From Natronospirales bacterium (lineage in GTDB: Bacteria > Pseudomonadota > Gammaproteobacteria > Natronospirales > REEB76): 64,000 nucleotides of DNA. A model generated the notes under the pieces. It was not told where the DNA came from, did not search any database, and saw nothing but the letters and a program-made list of their open reading frames with translations. Below, piece after piece: positions 1-8,102 of this stretch. The stretch lies in the NCBI GenBank assembly GCA_021792635.1, contig JAJYUH010000001.1, positions 280,710-344,709 on the forward strand, given 5' to 3'. The translations under genes and the position numbers were made by a program. Within the stretch, counting starts at the first letter, position 1. Each line of letters starts with the position of its first letter.

Positions 1-7
1 TTACGAC

Positions 8-730
8 ATGGCTCACACCATTGAACTATACACCTGCCCGGTTACCGCCACGGACCTCCCGCGGCTGGAAACCCGTTACCTTCCCTGCCTGCATGCCGGG
101 GAGCAGGCGCGTTACCGCCGTTTTGTATCGGCGCGGCGCGGGCTGGAATGGCTGGCTGGGCGTGCGCTGGCATTGGAAGCGCTGTCACTGGCTCTGGGTC
201 GGGTCAACGGATCCGCGCTGCGTACGGGTAGCAGCGGCAATATCGTTTATCAGGATGCGCCCATGGCACTGAGTTTGAGTCACAGCCGCGGCTTGCTTGC
301 CCTGACTGTTGCAACGGTTCCTACGGGAGTGGATGTGGAACGAGTGTGCGCGCGTTCCATTGTCGCGTATGCACAAGAAGTATTTGCCTCCACTGAGGCT
401 GCACATATTGCACGGGCGGCCACGCTCGAGCGGCCACGCGTGTTTTACCGGTACTGGACGCTCAAGGAAGCCGTCTGCAAGGCGGCGGGACTCTCCATCT
501 GGGAAGGCCTGGCTGCGGCACAATTTGCGTTGCAGTCGGCACCGGCCTTCAACGGGACGATTGCGGGTCCCTGGCGGTTCTGGTCCGCGGGCATCCAGCC
601 ACACTGGCAACTGGCAGTCGCGGCTCACGCAGTGCTGCCGGCACAGGCGTTCACCGCTTGGCGCCTGGCGCTGCCCGGTTCGCGGGAGCAATTGGAGCTG
701 GATACGCTCAGCAGTTTTGTAAGCGGGTGA
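8..730 (+). CDS. 4'-phosphopantetheinyl transferase (Sfp/EntD type)
   Basis: 240-aa ORF with 'GVDVERV' (GxDxE) and 'YWTLKEAVCKAAG' (WxxKEAxxK) PPTase motifs. Sits directly upstream of a cluster with two ACP genes. Confidence 0.8.
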   Translation: MAHTIELYTCPVTATDLPRLETRYLPCLHAGEQARYRRFVSARRGLEWLAGRALALEALSLALGRVNGSALRTGSSGNIVYQDAPMALSLSHSRGLLALTVATVPTGVDVERVCARSIVAYAQEVFASTEAAHIARAATLERPRVFYRYWTLKEAVCKAAGLSIWEGLAAAQFALQSAPAFNGTIAGPWRFWSAGIQPHWQLAVAAHAVLPAQAFTAWRLALPGSREQLELDTLSSFVSG

Positions 731-829
731 TACGGACAGGTTGCGTGAGCGCGGCCCAGGGGGAAGCTGCCTGCGTGACGACAGTCAACCGGGTTATGCC
801 ACAATGCCCCGCTGCGGCATCGCAGACAG

Positions 830-1582
830 GTGGGAAAGCAAGTGGCTGAGGAAATGGAAGGGTTTTCCATTGATCGCTGGTCAGCTTGGGCTCCGGGTGT
901 CCAGAATCTGCCGGCGTGGCGTGCCTGGATCAGGGGAGAACGGCTTGCGACACCGGACCAGTCACCCGATGTGAGCTTTCTGCCGGCGCTGCTGCGCCGA
1001 CGCCTGGATCGCGTCGGCCGCATGGCCCTGCATGTGGCTTGGCGCTGCGCCAAGGGCCAGGCGGACCTGCCGCTGGTGTTCGCTTCGCGCCATGGTTCTC
1101 TTGCCCGCACGGTGGAGTTGCTGGATGGACTGGCCCGGGATGAACCGCTTTCTCCCGCGGCGTTCAGCTTGTCGGTGCACAACGGCGCGGCGGGTCTGTT
1201 TTCCATCGCCCGCGCCGACAGGAGCCCGGCCACTGCCTTGGCGGCCGGTTCCGGGACCTTGGCGGCAGCGCTGCTGGAAGGCGCTGGCATGCTGACGGAG
1301 GGCACCGGTGCGGTGCTGGTCGTTTACGCAGACGAAACTCCGCCGCCGCAATACCAGGTCTACGTGGAACCGGATCAACCGGTCTTCGCATTGGGAATGT
1401 TGCTGACCGCTGCGCAGGGCAAACCACCGCGGTACCGGCTGACGCCGGTGCAGAGCGCGGTGCCGGCGCTGCGCCCGGAAGCGGCGCTCATGGAATTCCT
1501 GTTGGAAGATGCTGCCGTGGCCAGGCTGGATGCGAGTGAGTCCGGCTGGCGACTGGAGCGGGTAGGCAGCCATGCTGGATGA
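830..1582 (+). CDS. KS-like protein without recognisable catalytic triad (chain-length-factor/ApeC-like)
   Basis: 250-aa ORF. Its position and size match the KS-partner (CLF) of aryl-polyene clusters, and I saw no Cys-His-His KS triad by eye. Start uncertain (GTG 830 or ATG 854). Confidence 0.55.
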   Translation: MGKQVAEEMEGFSIDRWSAWAPGVQNLPAWRAWIRGERLATPDQSPDVSFLPALLRRRLDRVGRMALHVAWRCAKGQADLPLVFASRHGSLARTVELLDGLARDEPLSPAAFSLSVHNGAAGLFSIARADRSPATALAAGSGTLAAALLEGAGMLTEGTGAVLVVYADETPPPQYQVYVEPDQPVFALGMLLTAAQGKPPRYRLTPVQSAVPALRPEAALMEFLLEDAAVARLDASESGWRLERVGSHAG

Positions 1583-2336
1583 AGCGGAACCATTGGACCC
1601 GCGCCGCCGGGGATCCGTTCCCTCGCCGCTTCAGACGCGCGGTGGTCCGGACACGATTGCACCCGGCCACCAGGCAAGCTGGTTGCCGCGGGCTGTTTCC
1701 AGAATCAAGACCCATTGGCTGCTCAAGATGCTGGGTACCACGGGTTACATGACATTGTTCATGCTGGGCTATTTCTGGCTGCTGAGACATCCGCTGTTTC
1801 CGGTAACGGTCATGCCCCTGACCGGCCTGGACCGGCTGATCGGTTTCCAGCCCTGGAGCATCGTGTTGTACGCCTCTTTGTGGCTGTACATTTCACTGGT
1901 TCCCATGTTGCTCCCCGCCTGGCGTGAATTGCTCCCCTACCTCAGCGCGGTCACGGTCCTGAGCCTGACCGGTTTTGCGATTTTCTTTTTCTGGCCCACG
2001 GCCATCCCCGAGCCGGATATAAATTGGGCGCAGTATCCCTCCGTCGCCTTTCTGAAATCGGTGGATGCCTCGGGCAATGCCTGTCCCTCGCTGCATGTGG
2101 CGTTTGCGGTGTTGACCGGCATGTGGTTGCACCGCCTGCTCAGGCAGATGGGCGCGCCCATCAAGCTGTGCGCGCTCAATGCCTGCTGGTGTGCGGGGAT
2201 CGTCTATTCCACCCTGGCTCTCAAACAGCATGTGGTACTCGATGTGGAGGCGGGGGCGGTATTGGGTGCGGGGGTGGCGGCCTTGCATCTGTTTATTCTC
2301 CCCCGGCCGCGCATGCTGTACAGCGAGCTTGAATAA
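1572..2336 (+). CDS. PAP2-superfamily-like integral membrane protein
   Basis: Multi-TM ORF with 'CPSLHVAFAV' (PSGH-like C2) and 'LKQHVVLDV' (HxxxD, C3-like) motifs. Overlaps the upstream gene by 11 nt; an alternative start is ATG 1728. Confidence 0.5.
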   Translation: MLDEAEPLDPRRRGSVPSPLQTRGGPDTIAPGHQASWLPRAVSRIKTHWLLKMLGTTGYMTLFMLGYFWLLRHPLFPVTVMPLTGLDRLIGFQPWSIVLYASLWLYISLVPMLLPAWRELLPYLSAVTVLSLTGFAIFFFWPTAIPEPDINWAQYPSVAFLKSVDASGNACPSLHVAFAVLTGMWLHRLLRQMGAPIKLCALNACWCAGIVYSTLALKQHVVLDVEAGAVLGAGVAALHLFILPRPRMLYSELE

Positions 2337-2751
2337 GACGGATCGCCGTCCTCGCGATACCCGGCCCGGCCCCGACCCCGTGAATATGCGCCATGCCTTG
2401 CGATGCACTGAAATTGGACATTAAAATGTCGCGCCCGTGATTGAGCAGGCCCATGCCCAGGTCAATTCATGAAAAACGGGTGTTCGGTTTGATGGTTTGA
2501 TTAAGAAAGCCAAGGGGATTCAGCCCGACTGTGTGACTACACTCCCTGATTTATGGAACCGCATGCACCGACCTGCGCAATGGGAAGTGCGGCTGGTCGC
2601 TTCGAATGGCAAACGGCCCGGTGCCGGCCGGCGCCGGGGAGCGTGGCCCCGAAGGCGCACGCGGAGGTGGCGCTTCCGGGCCTGGGGGTGGAAGATGCGC
2701 CTGTGGCGGACGCGGCTGGGCCCGGCTGGCAGAGGGAACGGGTGGGCAGAC

Positions 2752-3546
2752 ATGCTTAAGAAGCTGGCCTATGGGTACCGTGCCTTGGGTACCGGGTTTT
2801 GTTTCGCCGGTTTTGGGGCGGGCTGCGTGGTGGTGGGCCTTACGCTGCTGCCCGTCATTCTGCTGTGGCCCGGCAACGCGACTGCGCGCCGGCGGCGGGT
2901 GCGCCGTCTGGTGAGCCTGGCCTTCAGGGTGCTGCTGGCGGCCATCCGCGGGCTGGGACTCGGGCGGGTGGAGGTGGAAGGCCGGGAATGGCTACAGCAT
3001 GCCGCCGGCCGGCTGGTGCTGGCCACCCATCCGAATTATCTGGATGCCGTGGTGCTGCTTTCCCTTTTGCCCATGGCGGATTGTGTGATAAAAAGCGGCC
3101 TGTGGCGCAACCCGTTCACGCGCGCATTCGTGATAGCGGCTGGCTATATAAGTAATAGTAATGAGGATCCGGTGGCGGCGATCGAAACCTGCATCCGGGC
3201 GGTACACGGCGGCCAGACGCTGGTGCTGTTCCCGGAAGGCACCCGCTCGACGCCAGGGGCACCGCTGCGCTTCAGGCGCGGTGCGGCACAAATCGCGGTG
3301 CGCGGCGATCTCGAAATCCTGCCGGTGGTCATGCACTGTTCACCGCCCGCGCTGCTCAAGACCACCAGGTGGTATCAGGTACCGGAGCGCGCCTGGGTGT
3401 TGCATGTGAAAATCTTTCCGCCGCGCTGCGTGAGCGATTTTGTGCCGCAGGTATCCCTGCCGCCGGCAATAGCGGTACGCCGCGCCACCCGCGCCCTGCA
3501 GAATTTCTTTCAGGAGCAGATCACGCAGTATGAACACGCTTATTGA
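2752..3546 (+). CDS. lysophospholipid (PlsC/LPLAT-family) acyltransferase, ApeD-like
   Basis: 'THPNYLDAV' (HX4D) and 'FPEGTRS' acyltransferase motifs. The ORF-track start at 2497 adds an Arg/Trp-rich extension judged non-coding, so ATG 2752 is preferred. Confidence 0.8.
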   Translation: MLKKLAYGYRALGTGFCFAGFGAGCVVVGLTLLPVILLWPGNATARRRRVRRLVSLAFRVLLAAIRGLGLGRVEVEGREWLQHAAGRLVLATHPNYLDAVVLLSLLPMADCVIKSGLWRNPFTRAFVIAAGYISNSNEDPVAAIETCIRAVHGGQTLVLFPEGTRSTPGAPLRFRRGAAQIAVRGDLEILPVVMHCSPPALLKTTRWYQVPERAWVLHVKIFPPRCVSDFVPQVSLPPAIAVRRATRALQNFFQEQITQYEHAY

Positions 3547-3790
3547 CGAGCTGAAGCAGCTCATCATCAACGTCCTGGATCTGGAGGATGTGACTCCGGC
3601 GGATATTGATCCGCATGCGCCCCTGTTCGGCGACGGTCTGGGACTCGACTCCATTGATGCCCTGGAGCTGGGAGTCGCCATCCAGAAACGTTATCACATC
3701 ACCCTGGACTCGACCTCCGCCGAAACCCGCCGGCATTTTTATTCGGTGGCGAATCTGGCGAAGTTCATTTCGGCGCAGCAAGCATCCTGA
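3530..3790 (+). CDS. acyl carrier protein
   Basis: 86 aa with 'GLGLDSIDALEL' phosphopantetheine-attachment (DSxD/L) motif. Overlaps the upstream gene by 17 nt. Confidence 0.85.
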   Translation: MNTLIDELKQLIINVLDLEDVTPADIDPHAPLFGDGLGLDSIDALELGVAIQKRYHITLDSTSAETRRHFYSVANLAKFISAQQAS

Positions 3791-3801
3791 GAGACATACC
3801 C

Positions 3802-4053
3802 ATGGATACCCAAGATGTTTTTCAGAAGCTCAAGAGCACCCTGGTGGAACAGTTCGAGCTGGATCCGGCGAAAATTGTGCCCGAAGCACGACTGTATGAG
3901 GACCTGGACCTGGACAGCATTGATGCGGTGGATCTGGTGATCAAGCTGCAGGAGATCACCGGCCGCAAGGTGAGCCCGGAGGATTTCAAAGGCGTGCGCA
4001 CAGTGGCAGACATCCAACGTGTCATAGAGAAGCTGATCGCCGCTCCGCAATGA
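3802..4053 (+). CDS. acyl carrier protein (second copy)
   Basis: 83 aa with 'LDLDSIDAVDLV' Ser-attachment motif. Tandem with the first ACP, as in APE clusters. Confidence 0.85.
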   Translation: MDTQDVFQKLKSTLVEQFELDPAKIVPEARLYEDLDLDSIDAVDLVIKLQEITGRKVSPEDFKGVRTVADIQRVIEKLIAAPQ

Positions 4054-4628
4054 CGCGTTCGGTCGTTCCTGCGCTGATTGTCATGGGGCTGTTCGCCTAT
4101 CCGCTGGTTATTTACTTCGCTGCCGGCCGCGTGGCGCCCAGGATACTCCTGGCGGGCGCACTGACGCTGTTGGCGCTGCGCGTGCTGTTTAAAACCTGGC
4201 GGGAATTCCGGCGCCCGTGGGGCCGGCTTGGTCTTGCCGCCGTCCTGCTTGTGGGCGCCATCGCAGTATGGTTCAGCCATGGCCTCAGCCTGCAGCGAGT
4301 GCGGCTGTATCCGGTGGCAATTGATGCGGTTTTTTTCCTGGTGTTTTTCCTCTCGTTGTTCACGCGCACGCCGCTGGTGGAGCGCATCGCCCGCGTCAGC
4401 GACCCTGAGCTTGGTCCCGATGCCATTCTTTACACCCGTCGCGTCACCCGGGTGTGGAGCGGCGTGCTGCTGGCCAACACGCTGATCGCGCTGTATACGG
4501 CGCTGCACGCGTCCATGGCCGCCTGGGCCCTGTACAACGGATTGCTGTCCTACCTGCTGATCGGGACGGTGTTCCTGGCGGAATACCTGATTCGTCGCCG
4601 GTCACGCCGCATCCGGACGCATCCATGA
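4050..4628 (+). CDS. small integral membrane protein (ApeG-like position), function unknown
   Basis: 192-aa hydrophobic ORF with 4-nt overlaps at both ends. No motif recognised. Confidence 0.5.
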   Translation: MTRSVVPALIVMGLFAYPLVIYFAAGRVAPRILLAGALTLLALRVLFKTWREFRRPWGRLGLAAVLLVGAIAVWFSHGLSLQRVRLYPVAIDAVFFLVFFLSLFTRTPLVERIARVSDPELGPDAILYTRRVTRVWSGVLLANTLIALYTALHASMAAWALYNGLLSYLLIGTVFLAEYLIRRRSRRIRTHP

Positions 4629-6013
4629 ATGCACCGGATCAAGTCAATTCGTTTGCCGATCAGAGACACCGGATTTCCGACATTCAACAAAGAGTGATCG
4701 CCCGCGGTGACAGCGGCGACCTGCTGGCCGGCGAATTCCAGCGACGCGTGGCCGGCATCGCCGGCTGTTTGTTGCAACGTCCCGAGCAGCGCTGGGCCCT
4801 GGTGTGTGATGACACCCTGTGGTTCGCGGCGGGTTTCCTGGCGCTGGCTCAGGCTCGCAAGACTCTGATCCTCCCGCAGACCGGCGGACCGGAGAGCGCA
4901 GCGGAGGCGCAAGCGGCGGCCGTGCTCACGGACCAGCCGGCGCGATTCCCGTCATTTGCCAGCGTGGATGTGACTGCCGTACCTGAAGCAGGCGCGCCGG
5001 TCAGTACCGACCTGGACGATGCGCTCCCCGTCGAGTTCTACACCTCGGGTTCCACCGGCCGGCCCAAGCGCGTGGACAAACTGCTTGGGCAATTGCGTGC
5101 CGAAGTGACGGCGCTGGAAGCCCGCTGGGGACCGGCGCTCGGCGACGCGCTGGTGCTTGGCAGCGTGCCGCATCATCATTTATATGGGCTGCTGTTCCGC
5201 GTTTTGTGGCCCCTGTGGGCGGGCCGCCCGCTGTATGCGCCTGCCTGTGCGCAAGCGCATGAATTCAAGGCGGCAGCCAGGCGGTTCGGACGTTGTCTGA
5301 TAGTCAGCAGTCCGGCCTTCCTGACTCGGGTTGCGGATTTCGCCATGCTGCAACCGCCGGATGCATTCGCGGCCCTGTTCAGTTCCGGCGCGCCGCTGCC
5401 GGCCGCCACGGCCGCAAAAATCGCCGGCGAAATGGGACGTGCGGCCATCGAGGTGTACGGCAGCACCGAAACCGGCGGCATTGCCTGGCGCACCTGGGAA
5501 CCCGAGAGAGGGCAAACTGCGTGGCAACCCTTCGCGCAGTTGGAGACGGCCTTGCTGGGGGCCACACCCGGACTTTTGCGAGTGCGCTCACCCTGGACCT
5601 GGAAGGCCGATTGGATGGACACCGATGATCTGGCGCAAATGCTGCCGCAGCGGCGTTTCCTGCTCTGCGGCCGGGCCGACAGCGTGCTGAAAGTGGAAGA
5701 CAAGCGTGTCTCACTTGCGGAAATGGAACGGCGTCTTGTTGCCCATGGGTTCGTGAGTGAAGCACGCCTGCTGGTACTGAAGGGCAAACGCAATTCGGTG
5801 GGTGCGGTGGTGGTGCTGAGCACCGCCGGGCGCCGCCAACTGGAACAGGCCGGAACACGGAGCGTGCGCAAGGCGCTCATGGACTGGCTGCGCGCCTGGT
5901 ATGACCCGGTACTGGTGCCGCGCAAATGGCGCTTCCGGGAGGCCATGCCGGACAATGCCATGGGCAAGATCGAACAGGCGGAACTGCAAGCACTGTTCAC
6001 GGAGCGGCGTTGA
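4625..6013 (+). CDS. AMP-dependent (adenylate-forming) acyl/aryl ligase, ApeH-like
   Basis: 'YTSGSTGRPK' (A3), 'YGSTETG' (A5) and 'GRADSVLKVEDKRV' (A8) cores. ATG 4625 overlaps the upstream TGA, so the ORF-track start at 4454 is rejected. Confidence 0.8.
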   Translation: MNAPDQVNSFADQRHRISDIQQRVIARGDSGDLLAGEFQRRVAGIAGCLLQRPEQRWALVCDDTLWFAAGFLALAQARKTLILPQTGGPESAAEAQAAAVLTDQPARFPSFASVDVTAVPEAGAPVSTDLDDALPVEFYTSGSTGRPKRVDKLLGQLRAEVTALEARWGPALGDALVLGSVPHHHLYGLLFRVLWPLWAGRPLYAPACAQAHEFKAAARRFGRCLIVSSPAFLTRVADFAMLQPPDAFAALFSSGAPLPAATAAKIAGEMGRAAIEVYGSTETGGIAWRTWEPERGQTAWQPFAQLETALLGATPGLLRVRSPWTWKADWMDTDDLAQMLPQRRFLLCGRADSVLKVEDKRVSLAEMERRLVAHGFVSEARLLVLKGKRNSVGAVVVLSTAGRRQLEQAGTRSVRKALMDWLRAWYDPVLVPRKWRFREAMPDNAMGKIEQAELQALFTERR

Positions 6014-6360
6014 TGGAACTCCCGGCGGTGCTGCATCGGCACGTGGCGGGTGACAGCGCCCGCGTGGAACTGGACGTGCATGCCGATCTCAGGTGGTTCG
6101 CGGGCCATTTCCCCGGACATCCCATCCTGCCCGGCGTGGTACAGCTCGCCTGGGCGGTGCATTTTTCCAGGGAGATTTTCGGCTACGGTCCCGGCGTGAG
6201 CGTCCTTGAGCAGCTCAAGTTCAAGCGACCCATCGGACCCGGCTGTCATATCACTCTGTTGCTGGTGCGGCGCCCCGCTGACACGGCTGTGAGTTTCGAG
6301 TACCGTGATGCGCACACCAGCTTCGCCTCGGGCAACTTGAGGTTTAAGCCATCCACATGA
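6013..6360 (+). CDS. hotdog-fold 3-hydroxyacyl-ACP dehydratase (FabZ/FabA-like, ApeI-like)
   Basis: 'FAGHFPGHPILPGVVQL' dehydratase signature. ATG overlaps the upstream TGA (TGATG). Confidence 0.75.
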   Translation: MELPAVLHRHVAGDSARVELDVHADLRWFAGHFPGHPILPGVVQLAWAVHFSREIFGYGPGVSVLEQLKFKRPIGPGCHITLLLVRRPADTAVSFEYRDAHTSFASGNLRFKPST

Positions 6361-8102
6361 ACTTCAAGGCCTGTGCCGTCATCCCCGTTTACAACCAGCA
6401 TGCCTGTCTTGTGCAGATTGCCGCGCGCTTGCGTGCCTGCGACCTGGCGTGCATCTTCGTGGACGACGGCAGCAATGCGACCACCAAGACGGTCCTGTCC
6501 AACCTCGCTTGCTCCGGAGCCGGCATGGAATGCCTGACTCTGCCGGGCAACCAGGGCAAGGGTGCCGCGGTGCTCGCCGGGCTTGAGCGCGCCGCCCAGC
6601 GTGGCTACAGCCATGCCTTGCAAGTGGACGCCGACGGCCAGCATGATCTGGACGACGTGCCGGCGCTGCTCAGGCTGGCCGAGACCCATTTTGAAAAACT
6701 CATATCCGGCCTGCCGGTATTCGACAATTCGGCGCCGCGTGTGCGCTTTTACGGGCGCTACCTCACCCATATTCTGGTGTGGATTGAAACCTTGTCGTTG
6801 CGATTGCGGGATTCCATGTGCGGCTTCCGCGTCTATCCACTCGCAGCCACGCTGGCGCTTGCACACAGCGTGAAACTCGGGCGGCGCATGCAATTCGATT
6901 CCGAGGTGATGGTGCGCCTGGACTGGCGCGGTGTGGAAAGCGTGTTCCTGCCCACGCGCGTGCGGTATCCAGCAGACGGTGTCTCCCATTTCCGGTACTT
7001 CACCGACAACCTGCACATGGGCTGGATGCACCTGCGCCTGTTCCTCGGCATGCTGCCGCGTATCCCCATGCTGTTGCGTCGCAAATTTGCACGGCACCGG
7101 GCGCGTCACTGGGCGCAATTGCCTGAGCGCGGCAGCGTATTGGGTATCCGTATCCTCGGCGCGGTGTACGCCCGGTGCGGCCGACGCGCCAGTCACCTGC
7201 TGCTGATGCCCGTGGTCTTTTATTTCCTCATCACCCATCCGCTGGCGCGGCGTGCCTCGCGCCAGTTTCTGACGGCGGTGCAGCCTTATACGCATGCTCT
7301 CGCCACCCGCGACGCGCGTCCCACCTGGCGCAACAGTTTCCGGCACTTCTGGCGCTTCGCCGTCGCCAATCTGGACATGCTGGTGGCTTGGCGCAGGCCG
7401 GGGCAGGTGACGGTGCATTTTCCGGCACGCGATCAACTGGTGACTGCCGTGAACCGCGGCCAGGGGGTGCTGCTCATCAGCGCGCACCTGGGCAATCTGG
7501 AAGTCACGCGCGCGCTGGCTACCCGGGAGCGGGGCCTGAAAGTGAACGCCCTCGTGTACACCCGGCATGCGTACAAATCCAATACGGTGCTGGATGAAGT
7601 GAGCGAGGCTTACAACCTGCGGCTGATCCAGGTGCAGGAACTGGGACCCGATACGGCGGTGATGCTGCGGGAGAAGGTGGCGGCCGGCGAGCTGGTGGCG
7701 ATCGTGGGCGACCGCACGCCGGTGTCCGCCGCGAGCCCGGTGGTGCAAGCGGATTTCCTGGGCCAGCCGGCGCCGTTCGCAGTAGGGCCGTACGTGCTGG
7801 CGCACGTGCTGGAATGCCCGGTATATCTTTTTTTCTGTATCGCCGAAGGCGACGGTTACACTATCCACTTGGAGCCCTTCGCGGAACGCATCCATTTGCC
7901 GCGCCGCGGCAGCGAGGCGGCCCTGCAGGCATGGGCGGGTCGTTACGCCGCCCGCCTGGCGGATTACGCCGCGCGTTTTCCGCTGCAGTGGTACAACTTC
8001 TATGATTTCTGGGCGGACCGTGGTCCGGCTGCAACCCGCCTGCGCGGCATCCACCACTCCAAAATGGATATCCATGGACAAGGCTCGCAAACACTTGCCT
8101 GA
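6357..8102 (+). CDS. fusion protein: family-2 glycosyltransferase (N-terminal) plus LpxL/HtrB-like lipid A-type acyltransferase (C-terminal), ApeJ-like
   Basis: N-terminal 'AVIPVYNQ...IFVDDGSNATT...QVDADGQH' (GT2). C-terminal 'LISAHLGNLEV' (HX4E of lauroyl/myristoyl acyltransferases). 581 aa. Confidence 0.75.
   Translation: MNFKACAVIPVYNQHACLVQIAARLRACDLACIFVDDGSNATTKTVLSNLACSGAGMECLTLPGNQGKGAAVLAGLERAAQRGYSHALQVDADGQHDLDDVPALLRLAETHFEKLISGLPVFDNSAPRVRFYGRYLTHILVWIETLSLRLRDSMCGFRVYPLAATLALAHSVKLGRRMQFDSEVMVRLDWRGVESVFLPTRVRYPADGVSHFRYFTDNLHMGWMHLRLFLGMLPRIPMLLRRKFARHRARHWAQLPERGSVLGIRILGAVYARCGRRASHLLLMPVVFYFLITHPLARRASRQFLTAVQPYTHALATRDARPTWRNSFRHFWRFAVANLDMLVAWRRPGQVTVHFPARDQLVTAVNRGQGVLLISAHLGNLEVTRALATRERGLKVNALVYTRHAYKSNTVLDEVSEAYNLRLIQVQELGPDTAVMLREKVAAGELVAIVGDRTPVSAASPVVQADFLGQPAPFAVGPYVLAHVLECPVYLFFCIAEGDGYTIHLEPFAERIHLPRRGSEAALQAWAGRYAARLADYAARFPLQWYNFYDFWADRGPAATRLRGIHHSKMDIHGQGSQTLA

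Noticed and set aside
2497-2751. N-terminal extensions offered by the ORF track (2497, 4454, 5926, 8002, 9339, 9983, 12816, 28923, 36146, 38125, 40771, 41789, 43711, 62904).
   Set aside because: The extensions are Arg/Pro/Trp-rich, overlap the preceding gene extensively, and internal ATG/GTG starts give canonical family N-termini, often with a 1-4-nt stop/start overlap.
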